Below, piece by piece: positions 54,642 to 63,236 of a stretch of 64,000 nucleotides of DNA. Numbering within the stretch: position 1 is the stretch's first letter; each line of letters begins with the position of its first letter. The notes beneath the pieces are model-generated. The model worked only from the letters and a program-made list of their open reading frames with translations. It was not told the DNA's origin and searched no databases. Where the stretch lies: contig JAWKXP010000006.1 in assembly GCA_041396945.1 (NCBI GenBank), forward strand, positions 16,310 to 80,309. The letters run 5' to 3'. The position numbers and the translations under genes are program-made. This stretch comes from Sphingomonadaceae bacterium. GTDB taxonomy: Bacteria; Pseudomonadota; Alphaproteobacteria; Sphingomonadales; Sphingomonadaceae.

Positions 54642-55850
54642 GTGGATATCGAACTCTCCCCCGAAGACGCGGCATTCCGCGACGAGGTCAGGGCCTTTCT
54701 GGCCGAAAAGCTGCCCGCTGAAGTGAAGCGCGGCGCGGCGGCATCGCCGACGGTCTTCGTCGAGCCCGATATCGGGCAGGCGTGGAACGCGGTGCTGCAT
54801 GAAAAGGGCTGGCTCGGCTATCAGTGGCCCGAGGAGCACGGCGGCACCGGCTGGAGCCCGGTGCAGCGCTACCTCTTCGAAAAGGAATGCGCGCTGGCGG
54901 GTGCTCCCAATCTTACCGTGCTCAGCCTCAAGCTGGTCGCGCCGGTGCTCTGGGCATTCGGCGACGAACGGCAGAAGTCGTTCTACCTGCCGCGCATCCT
55001 TTCGGGCGAGGATTACTGGTGCCAGGGTTTCTCCGAGCCCAACTCCGGCTCCGACCTCGCCTCGCTCTCGACGCGCGCGGTGCGGCAGGGCGACAAGTAT
55101 ATCCTCAACGGCTCGAAAATCTGGACCACGCACGCGCACCACGCGAACCGCATGTTCTGCCTCGTGCGCACCAATCCGGACGTGAAGAAGCAGGCGGGCA
55201 TCTCGTTCATGCTCGTCGATATGGACCAGCCGGGTATCTCGGTGCGCCCGATCCTGACGGTCGCGGGCGATCATGAGGTCAACCAGGTTTTCCTCGAAGA
55301 TGTCGAAGTCCCGGTCGAGGACCTCGTCGGCGAGGAAGGGCAGGGCTGGACCATCGCCAAGTTCCTGCTCGAAAACGAACGCGGCGGATCGTGCCACGCG
55401 CCCAAGCTGATCTACGATCTCGATCAGGTCGAGGCGCAGGCTGCCGAGCAGGGCGACGGACGCGGCGGCAAGCTCTCCGACGATCCGCAATGGAAGCGGC
55501 GCGTTGCCAAGGCGCGGCTTTCGGTGCAGGCTCTCGACATGATCGAACTCAAGATCATCGCCGACATCGCCAAGGGCTCGCCTCCGGGGCCGCAGACCTC
55601 GCTGACCAAGCTGCTCGCGTCCAACCTGCGGCAGGAGATCGACCTGCTCGCCGTCGACCTGCATGGCCCCATCGGGCTCCAGCTTGAACAGGCGCGCCCG
55701 CTTTATGGTGACAACGCGCCCGAGCCGGTGCATTCGCCGGAGGCGCAGGTCGCCACCGCGCGCTATCTCAACAGCCGCGCCTGGACGATCTTCGGCGGAT
55801 CGAACGAAGTACAATCCAATATCATCGCCAAGTCCGTGCTTGGCCTGTAA
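54642..55850 (+). CDS. Acyl-CoA dehydrogenase, large (PimC-like) subunit
   Basis: WCQGFSEPNSGSDLA, KIWTT, LENER, TIFGGSNEVQ. Confidence 0.92.
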   Translation: MDIELSPEDAAFRDEVRAFLAEKLPAEVKRGAAASPTVFVEPDIGQAWNAVLHEKGWLGYQWPEEHGGTGWSPVQRYLFEKECALAGAPNLTVLSLKLVAPVLWAFGDERQKSFYLPRILSGEDYWCQGFSEPNSGSDLASLSTRAVRQGDKYILNGSKIWTTHAHHANRMFCLVRTNPDVKKQAGISFMLVDMDQPGISVRPILTVAGDHEVNQVFLEDVEVPVEDLVGEEGQGWTIAKFLLENERGGSCHAPKLIYDLDQVEAQAAEQGDGRGGKLSDDPQWKRRVAKARLSVQALDMIELKIIADIAKGSPPGPQTSLTKLLASNLRQEIDLLAVDLHGPIGLQLEQARPLYGDNAPEPVHSPEAQVATARYLNSRAWTIFGGSNEVQSNIIAKSVLGL

Positions 55851-55869
55851 CCGGGAAGGAACCTGAACC

Positions 55870-56841
55870 ATGCAGCTGAGCCGCGAAGCCCTGCTGCGCG
55901 CCTATCGCCAGATGAAGATCATCCGCGAGTTCGAGGAGCGCCTGCACGAGGAAATCCAGTCCGGCGAGATCGCCGGCTTCACCCACCTTTACTGCGGGCA
56001 GGAAGCCGTTGCGGTCGGTGTCTGCGAACATCTCGACAATGAGGACAAGATCGTCTCGACCCACCGTGGCCACGGCCACTGCCTTGCCAAGGGCTGCGAT
56101 GTCGAAGGCATGATGAAGGAGATCTGGGGCAGCCGCGAAGGCCTTTGCAAGGGCAAGGGCGGCTCGATGCATATCGCCGACGTCGATCAGGGCATGCTCG
56201 GCGCGAACGGCATCGTCGGCGCGGGCGCACCGATTGCGGTGGGCGCGGCGCTGGCTGCGAAGCTCAATGGCGATGGCAAGGTTGCGATCACCTTTTCGGG
56301 CGACGGCGCGTGCAACCAGGGCACCACCTTCGAAGCGATGAATATGGCCGTGGTGACGCAGGCTCCCTGCATCTTCGTCTTCGAGAACAACCACTATTCC
56401 GAGCACACCGGCGTCGACTACGCAGTCGGCACCAAGGAAGACATCGCCAGCCGCGCCGAAGCCTTCGGCATGAAGGTCTGGCGCGCCGACGGCACCGACT
56501 TCTTCGCGGTGCACGAAACCATGCGCGAGGTGCTTGAGCATGTGCGCAATGGCGGCGGCCCGGCAGCGGTCGAGTTCGATACCGAGCGCTTCTTCGGCCA
56601 CTTCGAAGGCGACCCGCAGCGCTATCGCGGCGAAGGCGAGCTTGAGCGCATCCGCGAGGAGCGCGATTGCATCAAGAACTTCCGCGCCTCGGTGACGGGG
56701 GCCAAGCTGCTCTCCGACGAAGACCTCGACGCCATCGACAGCGAAGTGCTCGATGCCATCGAAGCCTCGGTCAAGGCCGCGCGCGCGGCGGACCGCCCGA
56801 CCGCCGAAGACGTCCTCACCGACGTCTACATTTCCTACTGA
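55870..56841 (+). CDS. acoA: TPP-dependent dehydrogenase E1 alpha (acetoin dehydrogenase-like)
   Basis: GFTHLYCGQEA, STHRGHGH, GKGGSMH, GDGA..NN; symbol is family-level, substrate unproven. Confidence 0.85.
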   Translation: MQLSREALLRAYRQMKIIREFEERLHEEIQSGEIAGFTHLYCGQEAVAVGVCEHLDNEDKIVSTHRGHGHCLAKGCDVEGMMKEIWGSREGLCKGKGGSMHIADVDQGMLGANGIVGAGAPIAVGAALAAKLNGDGKVAITFSGDGACNQGTTFEAMNMAVVTQAPCIFVFENNHYSEHTGVDYAVGTKEDIASRAEAFGMKVWRADGTDFFAVHETMREVLEHVRNGGGPAAVEFDTERFFGHFEGDPQRYRGEGELERIREERDCIKNFRASVTGAKLLSDEDLDAIDSEVLDAIEASVKAARAADRPTAEDVLTDVYISY

Positions 56842-56858
56842 TCGCGAGGAGCTGGAAA

Positions 56859-57872
56859 ATGGCAGAAATGATGTACCGCGATGCCGTGCTCTCGACGATT
56901 TTCGAGGAGATGGAACGCGATGAAAACGTGGTCGTGCTGGGCGAGGATATCGTCGGCGGCATGGGCACGGCGGGTGGCCCCGAAGCAATCGGCGGCATCT
57001 GGTCGACATCGACCGGCCTGTTCGACAAGTTCGGCGCGAACCGCGTTATCGACACGCCGATTTCGGAATCGGCCATTGTCGGCGCGGCGGCGGGCCTCGC
57101 GCTTTCGGGCAAGCGCCCGATTGCCGAGCTGATGTTTGCCGACTTCATCGGTGTCAGCCTTGACCAGATCTGGAACCAGATCGGCAAGTTCCGCTACATG
57201 TTCGGCGGCAAGACACGCTGCCCCGCGATCATTCGCATGGCCTATGGCGCAGGCTTCAACGCGGCGGCACAGCACAGCCAGTCGGTCCACCAGATCCTTT
57301 CGGGCATGCCAGGCCTGAAGGTCGCAATCCCTTCGACCCCGGCGGATGTGAAGGGCCTGCTGCGCACCGCGATCCGCGACGACGATCCGGTGATCTTCCT
57401 TGAGCACAAGGCGCTCTACGCGGCGAAGGGCGAAGTGCCCGACGATCCCGATTTCATGATCCCCTTCGGCCACGCCCGCCTCGCGCGCGCGGGCGAGGAC
57501 GTGACTATCGTCTCCTCGGGCCTGCTGCTCGGAACCTGTGAAAGGGTTGCCGATGCGCTCGTCGAAGAGGGCATCGGCTGCGACGTCATCGACCTGCGCA
57601 CCACCAGCCCGCTGGACGAAGAAGCGATCCTCGATTCGGTCGAGGTCACCGGCCGCCTTGTCGTCGTCGACGAAGCACCGCCGCGCTGTTCAATTGCGGG
57701 GGATATCATCTCGCTCGTTTCGAATCAGGCCTTCGCCAGCCTCAAGGCCCCGCCGCAGGCGGTGACCGCGCCGCACACGCCGATCCCCTTCGCGCGCGAG
57801 CTCGAAAAGGCTTACCTGCCGTCGAAGGACAAGATCGAAGCTGTGGTCCGCAAGACGCTGGACTGGCGCTGA
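56859..57872 (+). CDS. acoB: TPP-dependent dehydrogenase E1 beta (acetoin dehydrogenase-like)
   Basis: GEDIVGG with acoB-type insert, DTPISE, AAQHSQ, FLEHK, VIDLR. Confidence 0.85.
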   Translation: MAEMMYRDAVLSTIFEEMERDENVVVLGEDIVGGMGTAGGPEAIGGIWSTSTGLFDKFGANRVIDTPISESAIVGAAAGLALSGKRPIAELMFADFIGVSLDQIWNQIGKFRYMFGGKTRCPAIIRMAYGAGFNAAAQHSQSVHQILSGMPGLKVAIPSTPADVKGLLRTAIRDDDPVIFLEHKALYAAKGEVPDDPDFMIPFGHARLARAGEDVTIVSSGLLLGTCERVADALVEEGIGCDVIDLRTTSPLDEEAILDSVEVTGRLVVVDEAPPRCSIAGDIISLVSNQAFASLKAPPQAVTAPHTPIPFARELEKAYLPSKDKIEAVVRKTLDWR

Positions 57873-57883
57873 GGGAGGGCGAG

Positions 57884-59365
57884 ATGGCTAAGATACGCCC
57901 CTTCTGCATGCCCAAGTGGGGCATCGAGATGACCGAAGGCACATTGGCGGAATGGATGGTCAAGGAGGGCGAAAGCTTCTCCAAGGGCCAGACGCTCTGC
58001 CTGATCGAAACCGACAAGATCACCAACGAGGTTGAGGCCGAATACGATTCGACCGTGCGCAAGGTGCTGGTAGGCGCGGGCGACGAAGCGCAGCCGGTTG
58101 GCGCGCTGCTCGCGGTTTTTGCCGGTGAAGATGCCAGCGATGCGGACATCGACGCGTTTGTCGAAGGCTTCGTTCCGGCGGAGTCGGGCGGCACGGTCAG
58201 CGAGGACAAGAAGCCCAAGGCCGCGCCAAAGGCAGACGCTCCCGCCGAGGCCAAGGCCCCGGTGAAGATCGAGACCAACCGCCCGATCAGCCCCGAAGCG
58301 CTGAAGCTTGCCGAGGCCGAGGGCGTCGATATTGCCAATATCGAAGGCTCGGGCCGGGGTGGCCGGATCACCTATCAGGACGTGCATCAGGCGCTGCGCC
58401 CGGCTGCGCAGCCGACGCTTTCGGGCACCGCCGAGCTTCCCGCGGAGGACTACAAGCTCTACGCCTCGCCGCTCGCGCGCCGCATTGCCGCGATGTATGG
58501 CGTCGACCTGTCGGGCATCGACGGTTCGGGCGCGCGCGGGCGCATCTCGAAGGCGGACGTGCTGGCCAAGGTCCCCGATGGCGCCGAGCCCAGCGTTTAC
58601 ACCACGGGCAAGGCTGCTCCGGCTGCTACTGCCGCTGCGGTTTCCGCCGCCGTTGCAACGCCTGAATTTACGCCGGGCGACAACACGCCGACAGTCGTGC
58701 CCTTCGATGGCGTGCGCAAGGTCGTCGCCAAGCGCCTGACCGAAGCCAAGCAGCAGATCCCGCACTTCTACCTGCGCGTCTCCGCCTCGGCGGACAAGCT
58801 GCTCGAAATGCGCAAGACCGCGAACCTCGTGCTCGGCTGCAAGGCATCGGTGAACGACTGGATCGTCATGGCCGCGGCCAAGGCGCTGGTGCGCCATCCC
58901 GAGGTCAACGCGCAGGTCCACGGCGAGGAAGTGCATCAGTTCCCGCATGCCGATATCTCGGTTGCGGTCGCCGGTCCCAAGGGCCTGATGACGCCGATCG
59001 TGCGGCAGGCTGACCTGATGCGGATCGACCAGATCGCGGCGGAAACCAAACGCCTGATCGAGAAGACCAACGCGGGCAAGCTGACGATGAGCGAGATGTC
59101 GGGCGGCACTTTCTCGGTTTCCAACCTCGGCATGTTCGGAATCGAGAATTTCGACGCGATCATCAACCCGCCGCAGGCAACGATCCTCGCCGTGGGCGGT
59201 GCGACGCGCCAGCCGGTCGAGACGCCGGACGGCGATATCGCCTTCGAGACGCGCATTTCGTTCACGCTCTCGGTCGATCACCGCGCGGTCGATGGTGCAG
59301 CGGGCGCGCAGTTCATGGCGACATTGAAGAGCCTGATCGAAGAACCCGAAGGGATGTTCGCATGA
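57884..59365 (+). CDS. Dihydrolipoamide acyltransferase E2
   Basis: ETDKI lipoyl site, two GSG..GRI subunit-binding domains, SNLG, DHRAVDG. Confidence 0.92.
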   Translation: MAKIRPFCMPKWGIEMTEGTLAEWMVKEGESFSKGQTLCLIETDKITNEVEAEYDSTVRKVLVGAGDEAQPVGALLAVFAGEDASDADIDAFVEGFVPAESGGTVSEDKKPKAAPKADAPAEAKAPVKIETNRPISPEALKLAEAEGVDIANIEGSGRGGRITYQDVHQALRPAAQPTLSGTAELPAEDYKLYASPLARRIAAMYGVDLSGIDGSGARGRISKADVLAKVPDGAEPSVYTTGKAAPAATAAAVSAAVATPEFTPGDNTPTVVPFDGVRKVVAKRLTEAKQQIPHFYLRVSASADKLLEMRKTANLVLGCKASVNDWIVMAAAKALVRHPEVNAQVHGEEVHQFPHADISVAVAGPKGLMTPIVRQADLMRIDQIAAETKRLIEKTNAGKLTMSEMSGGTFSVSNLGMFGIENFDAIINPPQATILAVGGATRQPVETPDGDIAFETRISFTLSVDHRAVDGAAGAQFMATLKSLIEEPEGMFA

Positions 59366-59898
59366 CGAAACCCAACGCCCTGACCTCGCTCGGCCCGGTC
59401 GGCCAGCTTGCCTATCTGCCCAGCGATTTCGACGCGGCGGTCAAGTACTGGACCGAGACGATGGGCGTCGGCCCGTTCTACGTCATGGAAAACGTCGCGC
59501 TTGGCGATTGCAAGTACAAGGGCGTGCCGACCGGATCGGTCTTCACCATCGCCATCGCCTATTGGGGCGACGTGCAGATCGAGCTAATCCGTCCCGAGAA
59601 TGGCGAGCCGGGAATCTATGTCGGCGAATATGCCGTCACCGATTGCCTGCACCACATCTGCATCTTCGTCGATGACATTGCCGAGGCGCGCAAGGCGGCT
59701 GCCGAAGCGGGCGCGACGGTGCTGATCGAGGGCACCGTGGGCGCGGATGGCGAAGTGATCTATGTCGATCCGGGCGCAGGTCCGGGGCATGTCATCGAGC
59801 TGCTCCAGAACATGACCGGCGCGGCGGAAATCTTCCAGATGATCAAGGACGCGGGGAAAGACTGGGACGGCAGCGAGCCGCTCAGGATTCTCGGGTAA
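59362..59898 (+). CDS. VOC/glyoxalase family protein
   Basis: QLAY..GVGPF..QIELI..LHH..IELL; paralogue of 34429..34971. Confidence 0.85.
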   Translation: MTKPNALTSLGPVGQLAYLPSDFDAAVKYWTETMGVGPFYVMENVALGDCKYKGVPTGSVFTIAIAYWGDVQIELIRPENGEPGIYVGEYAVTDCLHHICIFVDDIAEARKAAAEAGATVLIEGTVGADGEVIYVDPGAGPGHVIELLQNMTGAAEIFQMIKDAGKDWDGSEPLRILG

Positions 59899-59931
59899 GC
59901 GCGCGGCAAACTGCGCCGCATAGATATCTGA

Positions 59932-60017
59932 TCGTCATTGCGAGGGGCAACGCCCTGAAGCAATCCAGGGCTTTGCGCGACATGCTCTGGATTGCTTCGC
60001 TACGCTCGCAATGACGA
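59932..60017. repeat. RPE/REP-like palindromic element
   Basis: TCGTCATTGCGAG..GAAGCAATCCAG..CTGGATTGCTTC..CTCGCAATGACGA. Confidence 0.85.
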
Positions 60018-60046
60018 AGTAAGAGAGGCATCAAGTCTTTCTTGAT

Positions 60047-61198
60047 TCAAACCGTCCCCAATGCCCCCAGCACAACCGTCGCCTCGCTCGACAGTGTGCC
60101 GCCATTGGCATGGGCGAGGCATAGCTGCGCGCCCTCGATCTGGTTCGCTGCCTCGCCGCGTATCTGCCGCGCCGCCTCGATGATCGCGAAGAGGCCGTAC
60201 ATGCCGGGATGGCAGCAGCTCAGTCCGCCGCCGTTGGTATTGACCGGCAGGTCGCCGCCCGGTGCGATGCGCCCACCCGCAACGAACGCGCCGCCTTCGC
60301 CTTTGGCGCAGAAGCCCAGGTCTTCGAGGAACAGGATCGTGTTGATCGTGAAGGCGTCGTAGAGCTGGACCGTGTCCATGTCCCGCGGCGAAACCCCGGC
60401 GGCGGCCATCGCGCGCGGGCCGGATTCGGCGGCTGAGGTCGTGGACAGGTCGGGCATTGCGCTGATGCGGTTATGCCAGGTCGCCGCCGCCGCGCCGAGC
60501 ACCGGGACGGCAGGCTTTACGCCATCACGCGCGCGTTCCGTGGAGGTGAGGACAATCGCTGCCGCGCCATCGGTGACGAGGCAGCAATCGGACTTGTGGA
60601 TCGGCGTGCTGATCGGGCGGCTGGCAAGGCAGTCCTCGATGGTCAGCGGCCCCCTGGCGAAAGCTTCCGGATTGCCATTGGCCCAGAGCCGCGCGGCCAC
60701 AGCCACCTCGGCCAGCTGCTCGCGCGTCGTGCCGTATTCGTGCATGTGCCGCGATGCCGCGAGCGCATAGCTGCTCAAGGGATAAAGCGGTCGATAGGGC
60801 GCTTCCCATTGCGAACTTTTTGCCGGTGTCGAGAGCTTGCCGCCGGTGCTGCGCTGGTTCGACCCATAGGCGATCAGCGCTGTGTCGATATAGCCCGCCG
60901 CGATCATCAGCGAGGCGGTGACGACATGGCTGAAAAAGGCCGAACCGCCGGTGCGGTTGTTGTCAGTGAAACGCGGGTGGATGCCGTAATACTCGGCGAG
61001 CGAGAGGTTCGCGAAAAGATCGTCGGGCAGGCAGATGAACAGCCCGTCAATCTCGGCAAGGCTCGATCCGGCATCGGCCAGCGCCATCAACCCGGCCTGC
61101 GCCGCCAGTTCGAGCGAGGTGAAGCCCGGGGCTTCGCCAAGGCCGAATGTCGCCAGTCCCGCAATCGAGGCGGCTGCACGGGGGAAAGGATCGCTCAC
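60047..61198 (-). CDS. Thiolase-fold protein lacking the nucleophilic Cys (Ltp2/SCP2-like)
   Basis: TGGSAF where the catalytic Cys is expected, DCCLVTDG, LYDAFT, VNTNGGGLS..HPG; GTG start. Confidence 0.85.
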   Translation of the reverse strand: MSDPFPRAAASIAGLATFGLGEAPGFTSLELAAQAGLMALADAGSSLAEIDGLFICLPDDLFANLSLAEYYGIHPRFTDNNRTGGSAFFSHVVTASLMIAAGYIDTALIAYGSNQRSTGGKLSTPAKSSQWEAPYRPLYPLSSYALAASRHMHEYGTTREQLAEVAVAARLWANGNPEAFARGPLTIEDCLASRPISTPIHKSDCCLVTDGAAAIVLTSTERARDGVKPAVPVLGAAAATWHNRISAMPDLSTTSAAESGPRAMAAAGVSPRDMDTVQLYDAFTINTILFLEDLGFCAKGEGGAFVAGGRIAPGGDLPVNTNGGGLSCCHPGMYGLFAIIEAARQIRGEAANQIEGAQLCLAHANGGTLSSEATVVLGALGTV

Positions 61199-61212
61199 CG
61201 TAATTCTCCGCG

Positions 61213-61241
61213 TTGACCTGCGCGCGCCTCCGACCTAGCGG
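61213..61241 (+). promoter_or_regulatory. Sigma70-type promoter, leaderless
   Basis: TTGACC-N17-TAGCGG-N7-ATG(61249). Confidence 0.5.
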
Positions 61242-61248
61242 AGGCGGT

Positions 61249-61620
61249 ATGGACACGGCAGACACGATCGAAGCCCCCGAAGCAATCTGGCGCGCGGCGC
61301 TCGCCGAGGGGCGTTTCCTGCTGCAGCGCGACGGCGCGACGGGCGAGGCGATTTTCCCGCCCCGGCTCGATTTCGATGGTGCGGGCGCGCTCGAATGGTT
61401 CGAGGCGTCGGGCAAGGGCACGGTGCACGCGGTCACGGTGGTTAGCCAGCGTCCGCCTGCCGAGCCTTACAACGTCGTGCTGGTCGATCTTGAAGAAGGC
61501 CCGCGCATGATGTCCGCCGTTGAAGGCATCGCCGCCGGGGACGTGCGCATCGGCATGGCCGTCACCGCGCGCATCGCCGAGGGCGAAGACGGGCCGAAGC
61601 TGGTGTTTCAACCCGCCTGA
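61249..61620 (+). CDS. DUF35/OB-fold protein
   Basis: W..ALAEGRFLLQ..FPPR..ASGKGTV..PYNVVLVDLEEGPRMMS..IGM.V. Confidence 0.88.
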   Translation: MDTADTIEAPEAIWRAALAEGRFLLQRDGATGEAIFPPRLDFDGAGALEWFEASGKGTVHAVTVVSQRPPAEPYNVVLVDLEEGPRMMSAVEGIAAGDVRIGMAVTARIAEGEDGPKLVFQPA

Positions 61621-62267
61621 CCTCGCGGACTGGGCCGCAGTTCGAGGATCTGCTTTTCGAGGTGTTCGAGCACCAGCGCAATCGCCTCTTCGGTGACGTT
61701 GCTGGTCATGCGGTTGATCGCCATGCCTTCCAATGTGTTCTGCGTCATCGCCAGCGCGACTTCGAATGCGTTGCGGTCGTCGGCCCATTCGGGGAACAGC
61801 TCGACCGCCAGATCGTGCCAGCGTTCGCGGAATTCGCGCTGCACCGGCTCCAGCGTTGCCGAAAGCTGGGTATCGGTGCGCGCGGCCATCGCCAGTTCCT
61901 GGAAAGCGATGAAATTGGGGCGCAAGAGCTGGCTCCAGTAGGCCATCAGTAGCGTGCGCGCGTCGTGTTCCAGCGAACCCACCGCGCGGCGGAAGGCACG
62001 CAGGCGCTTGTTGTGCAGCTCGATCAGCGTCGCCTGCATCAGTTGCCGCCCGTTCTCGAAATGATGCAGCATTGCTCCGCGCGAGAGACCCGCTTCCTCG
62101 GCAACCTTGGGCGTGGTGGTGTTCGAATAGCCGAACTTGACGAGGCAGCGGATCGTCGCCTCGATCAGCCGCGCGCGCGTTTTCGCGCTCTTCAATGCCT
62201 GCGCGGTCGGCTCGATCAGGCGGCGGCCGGAGGCGTCGGTGTTGGTATTCGCTGCCGCACGCGCCAT
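61608..62267 (-). CDS. TetR/AcrR family regulator
   Basis: TRARLIEAT..GYSNTTT..GLSRGAMLHHF; paralogue of 25797..26468. Confidence 0.92.
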   Translation of the reverse strand: MARAAANTNTDASGRRLIEPTAQALKSAKTRARLIEATIRCLVKFGYSNTTTPKVAEEAGLSRGAMLHHFENGRQLMQATLIELHNKRLRAFRRAVGSLEHDARTLLMAYWSQLLRPNFIAFQELAMAARTDTQLSATLEPVQREFRERWHDLAVELFPEWADDRNAFEVALAMTQNTLEGMAINRMTSNVTEEAIALVLEHLEKQILELRPSPRGQAG

Positions 62268-62291
62268 CGCGCCGCCCCCTTCCCGAAAGTG

Positions 62292-62315
62292 AAAACAAGC
62301 AGGACTGCTTTTAAT
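62292..62315. promoter_or_regulatory. 24-bp TetR-type operator, type B
   Basis: AAAACAAGCA-GGAC-TGCTTTTAAT in the tetR/SDR divergent region. Confidence 0.65.
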
Positions 62316-62373
62316 TACCCTTTATCTTGTGCACAAACGCATAGTCAAACGAATCGCATTGGAGAGGCTGGAT

Positions 62374-63129
62374 ATGGGACGCTTGCAGGGCAGGATCGCG
62401 CTGGTGACGGGTGGAGGCTCGGGCCTTGGCAAGGCGGACTGCATTCGCCTCGCGGAAGAAGGCGCGACGGTCTATGTCACCGATATAGACGAGGCCGCAG
62501 CGCAGGCGGTGGCCAGCGAGATCGGCGATGTGGCGACCGCGATCCGGCACGATGTCGCCTCCGAGGCCGACTGGACGGCGATCTATGAACGCATCGCGGC
62601 GGACCACGGACGGCTCGACATCCTTGTCAACAATGCCGGGATCGTCGTTGTCGCCAGCCCCGAGGAGACGACCACCGAGCAGTTCGACCGGGTCATGGAC
62701 ATCATGTGCAAGGGCGTGTTTTTCGGCTGTAAACATGGCCTGCCGCTGCTTGCGAAGTCGAGCAACGGGTCGATCATCAACATGAGTTCAAGCGCGAGCC
62801 ACTTCGGTTATCCGCCGTTCTTCGCCTATTCTGCGGCCAAGGGCGCGGTGCGCTCGATGTCGAAATCGCTGGCGATCCATTGCCAGGACATGGGCTATCC
62901 GGTGCGGGTGAACACGCTGCACCCGTCCTCGATCGAAACGCCGATGGTGCAATCCGCCGAAGGGCGAGCCGGGCAGGAGAACGATATTCCAGAGGGCGTG
63001 CTGGGGGCGGGCGCGACCGGCGCACCGAGCGATGTCGCGAGCCTTATCGTTTATCTCTGCAGCGACGAGGCGCGGTTCCTGACGGGCGGCGAGTATATGG
63101 TCGATAACGGCCTTTCGATCCGCCCATAA
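62374..63129 (+). CDS. SDR oxidoreductase
   Basis: TGGGSGLG, NNAG, YSAAK. Confidence 0.9.
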   Translation: MGRLQGRIALVTGGGSGLGKADCIRLAEEGATVYVTDIDEAAAQAVASEIGDVATAIRHDVASEADWTAIYERIAADHGRLDILVNNAGIVVVASPEETTTEQFDRVMDIMCKGVFFGCKHGLPLLAKSSNGSIINMSSSASHFGYPPFFAYSAAKGAVRSMSKSLAIHCQDMGYPVRVNTLHPSSIETPMVQSAEGRAGQENDIPEGVLGAGATGAPSDVASLIVYLCSDEARFLTGGEYMVDNGLSIRP

Positions 63130-63151
63130 AACAAGCACGACTGCTTTTTTC
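63128..63151. promoter_or_regulatory. 24-bp TetR-type operator, type B
   Basis: AAAACAAGCA-CGAC-TGCTTTTTTC; 20 of the first 21 bp identical to the 62292 site. Confidence 0.65.
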
Positions 63152-63236
63152 TTGCAGTTGCAGGCTGCCCGGCTAAGCTGGCGCAGCATTCGTTTCTGCG
63201 CGCAATCGCGTGTGGGCCGGACCTAAGGAAGAGAAC

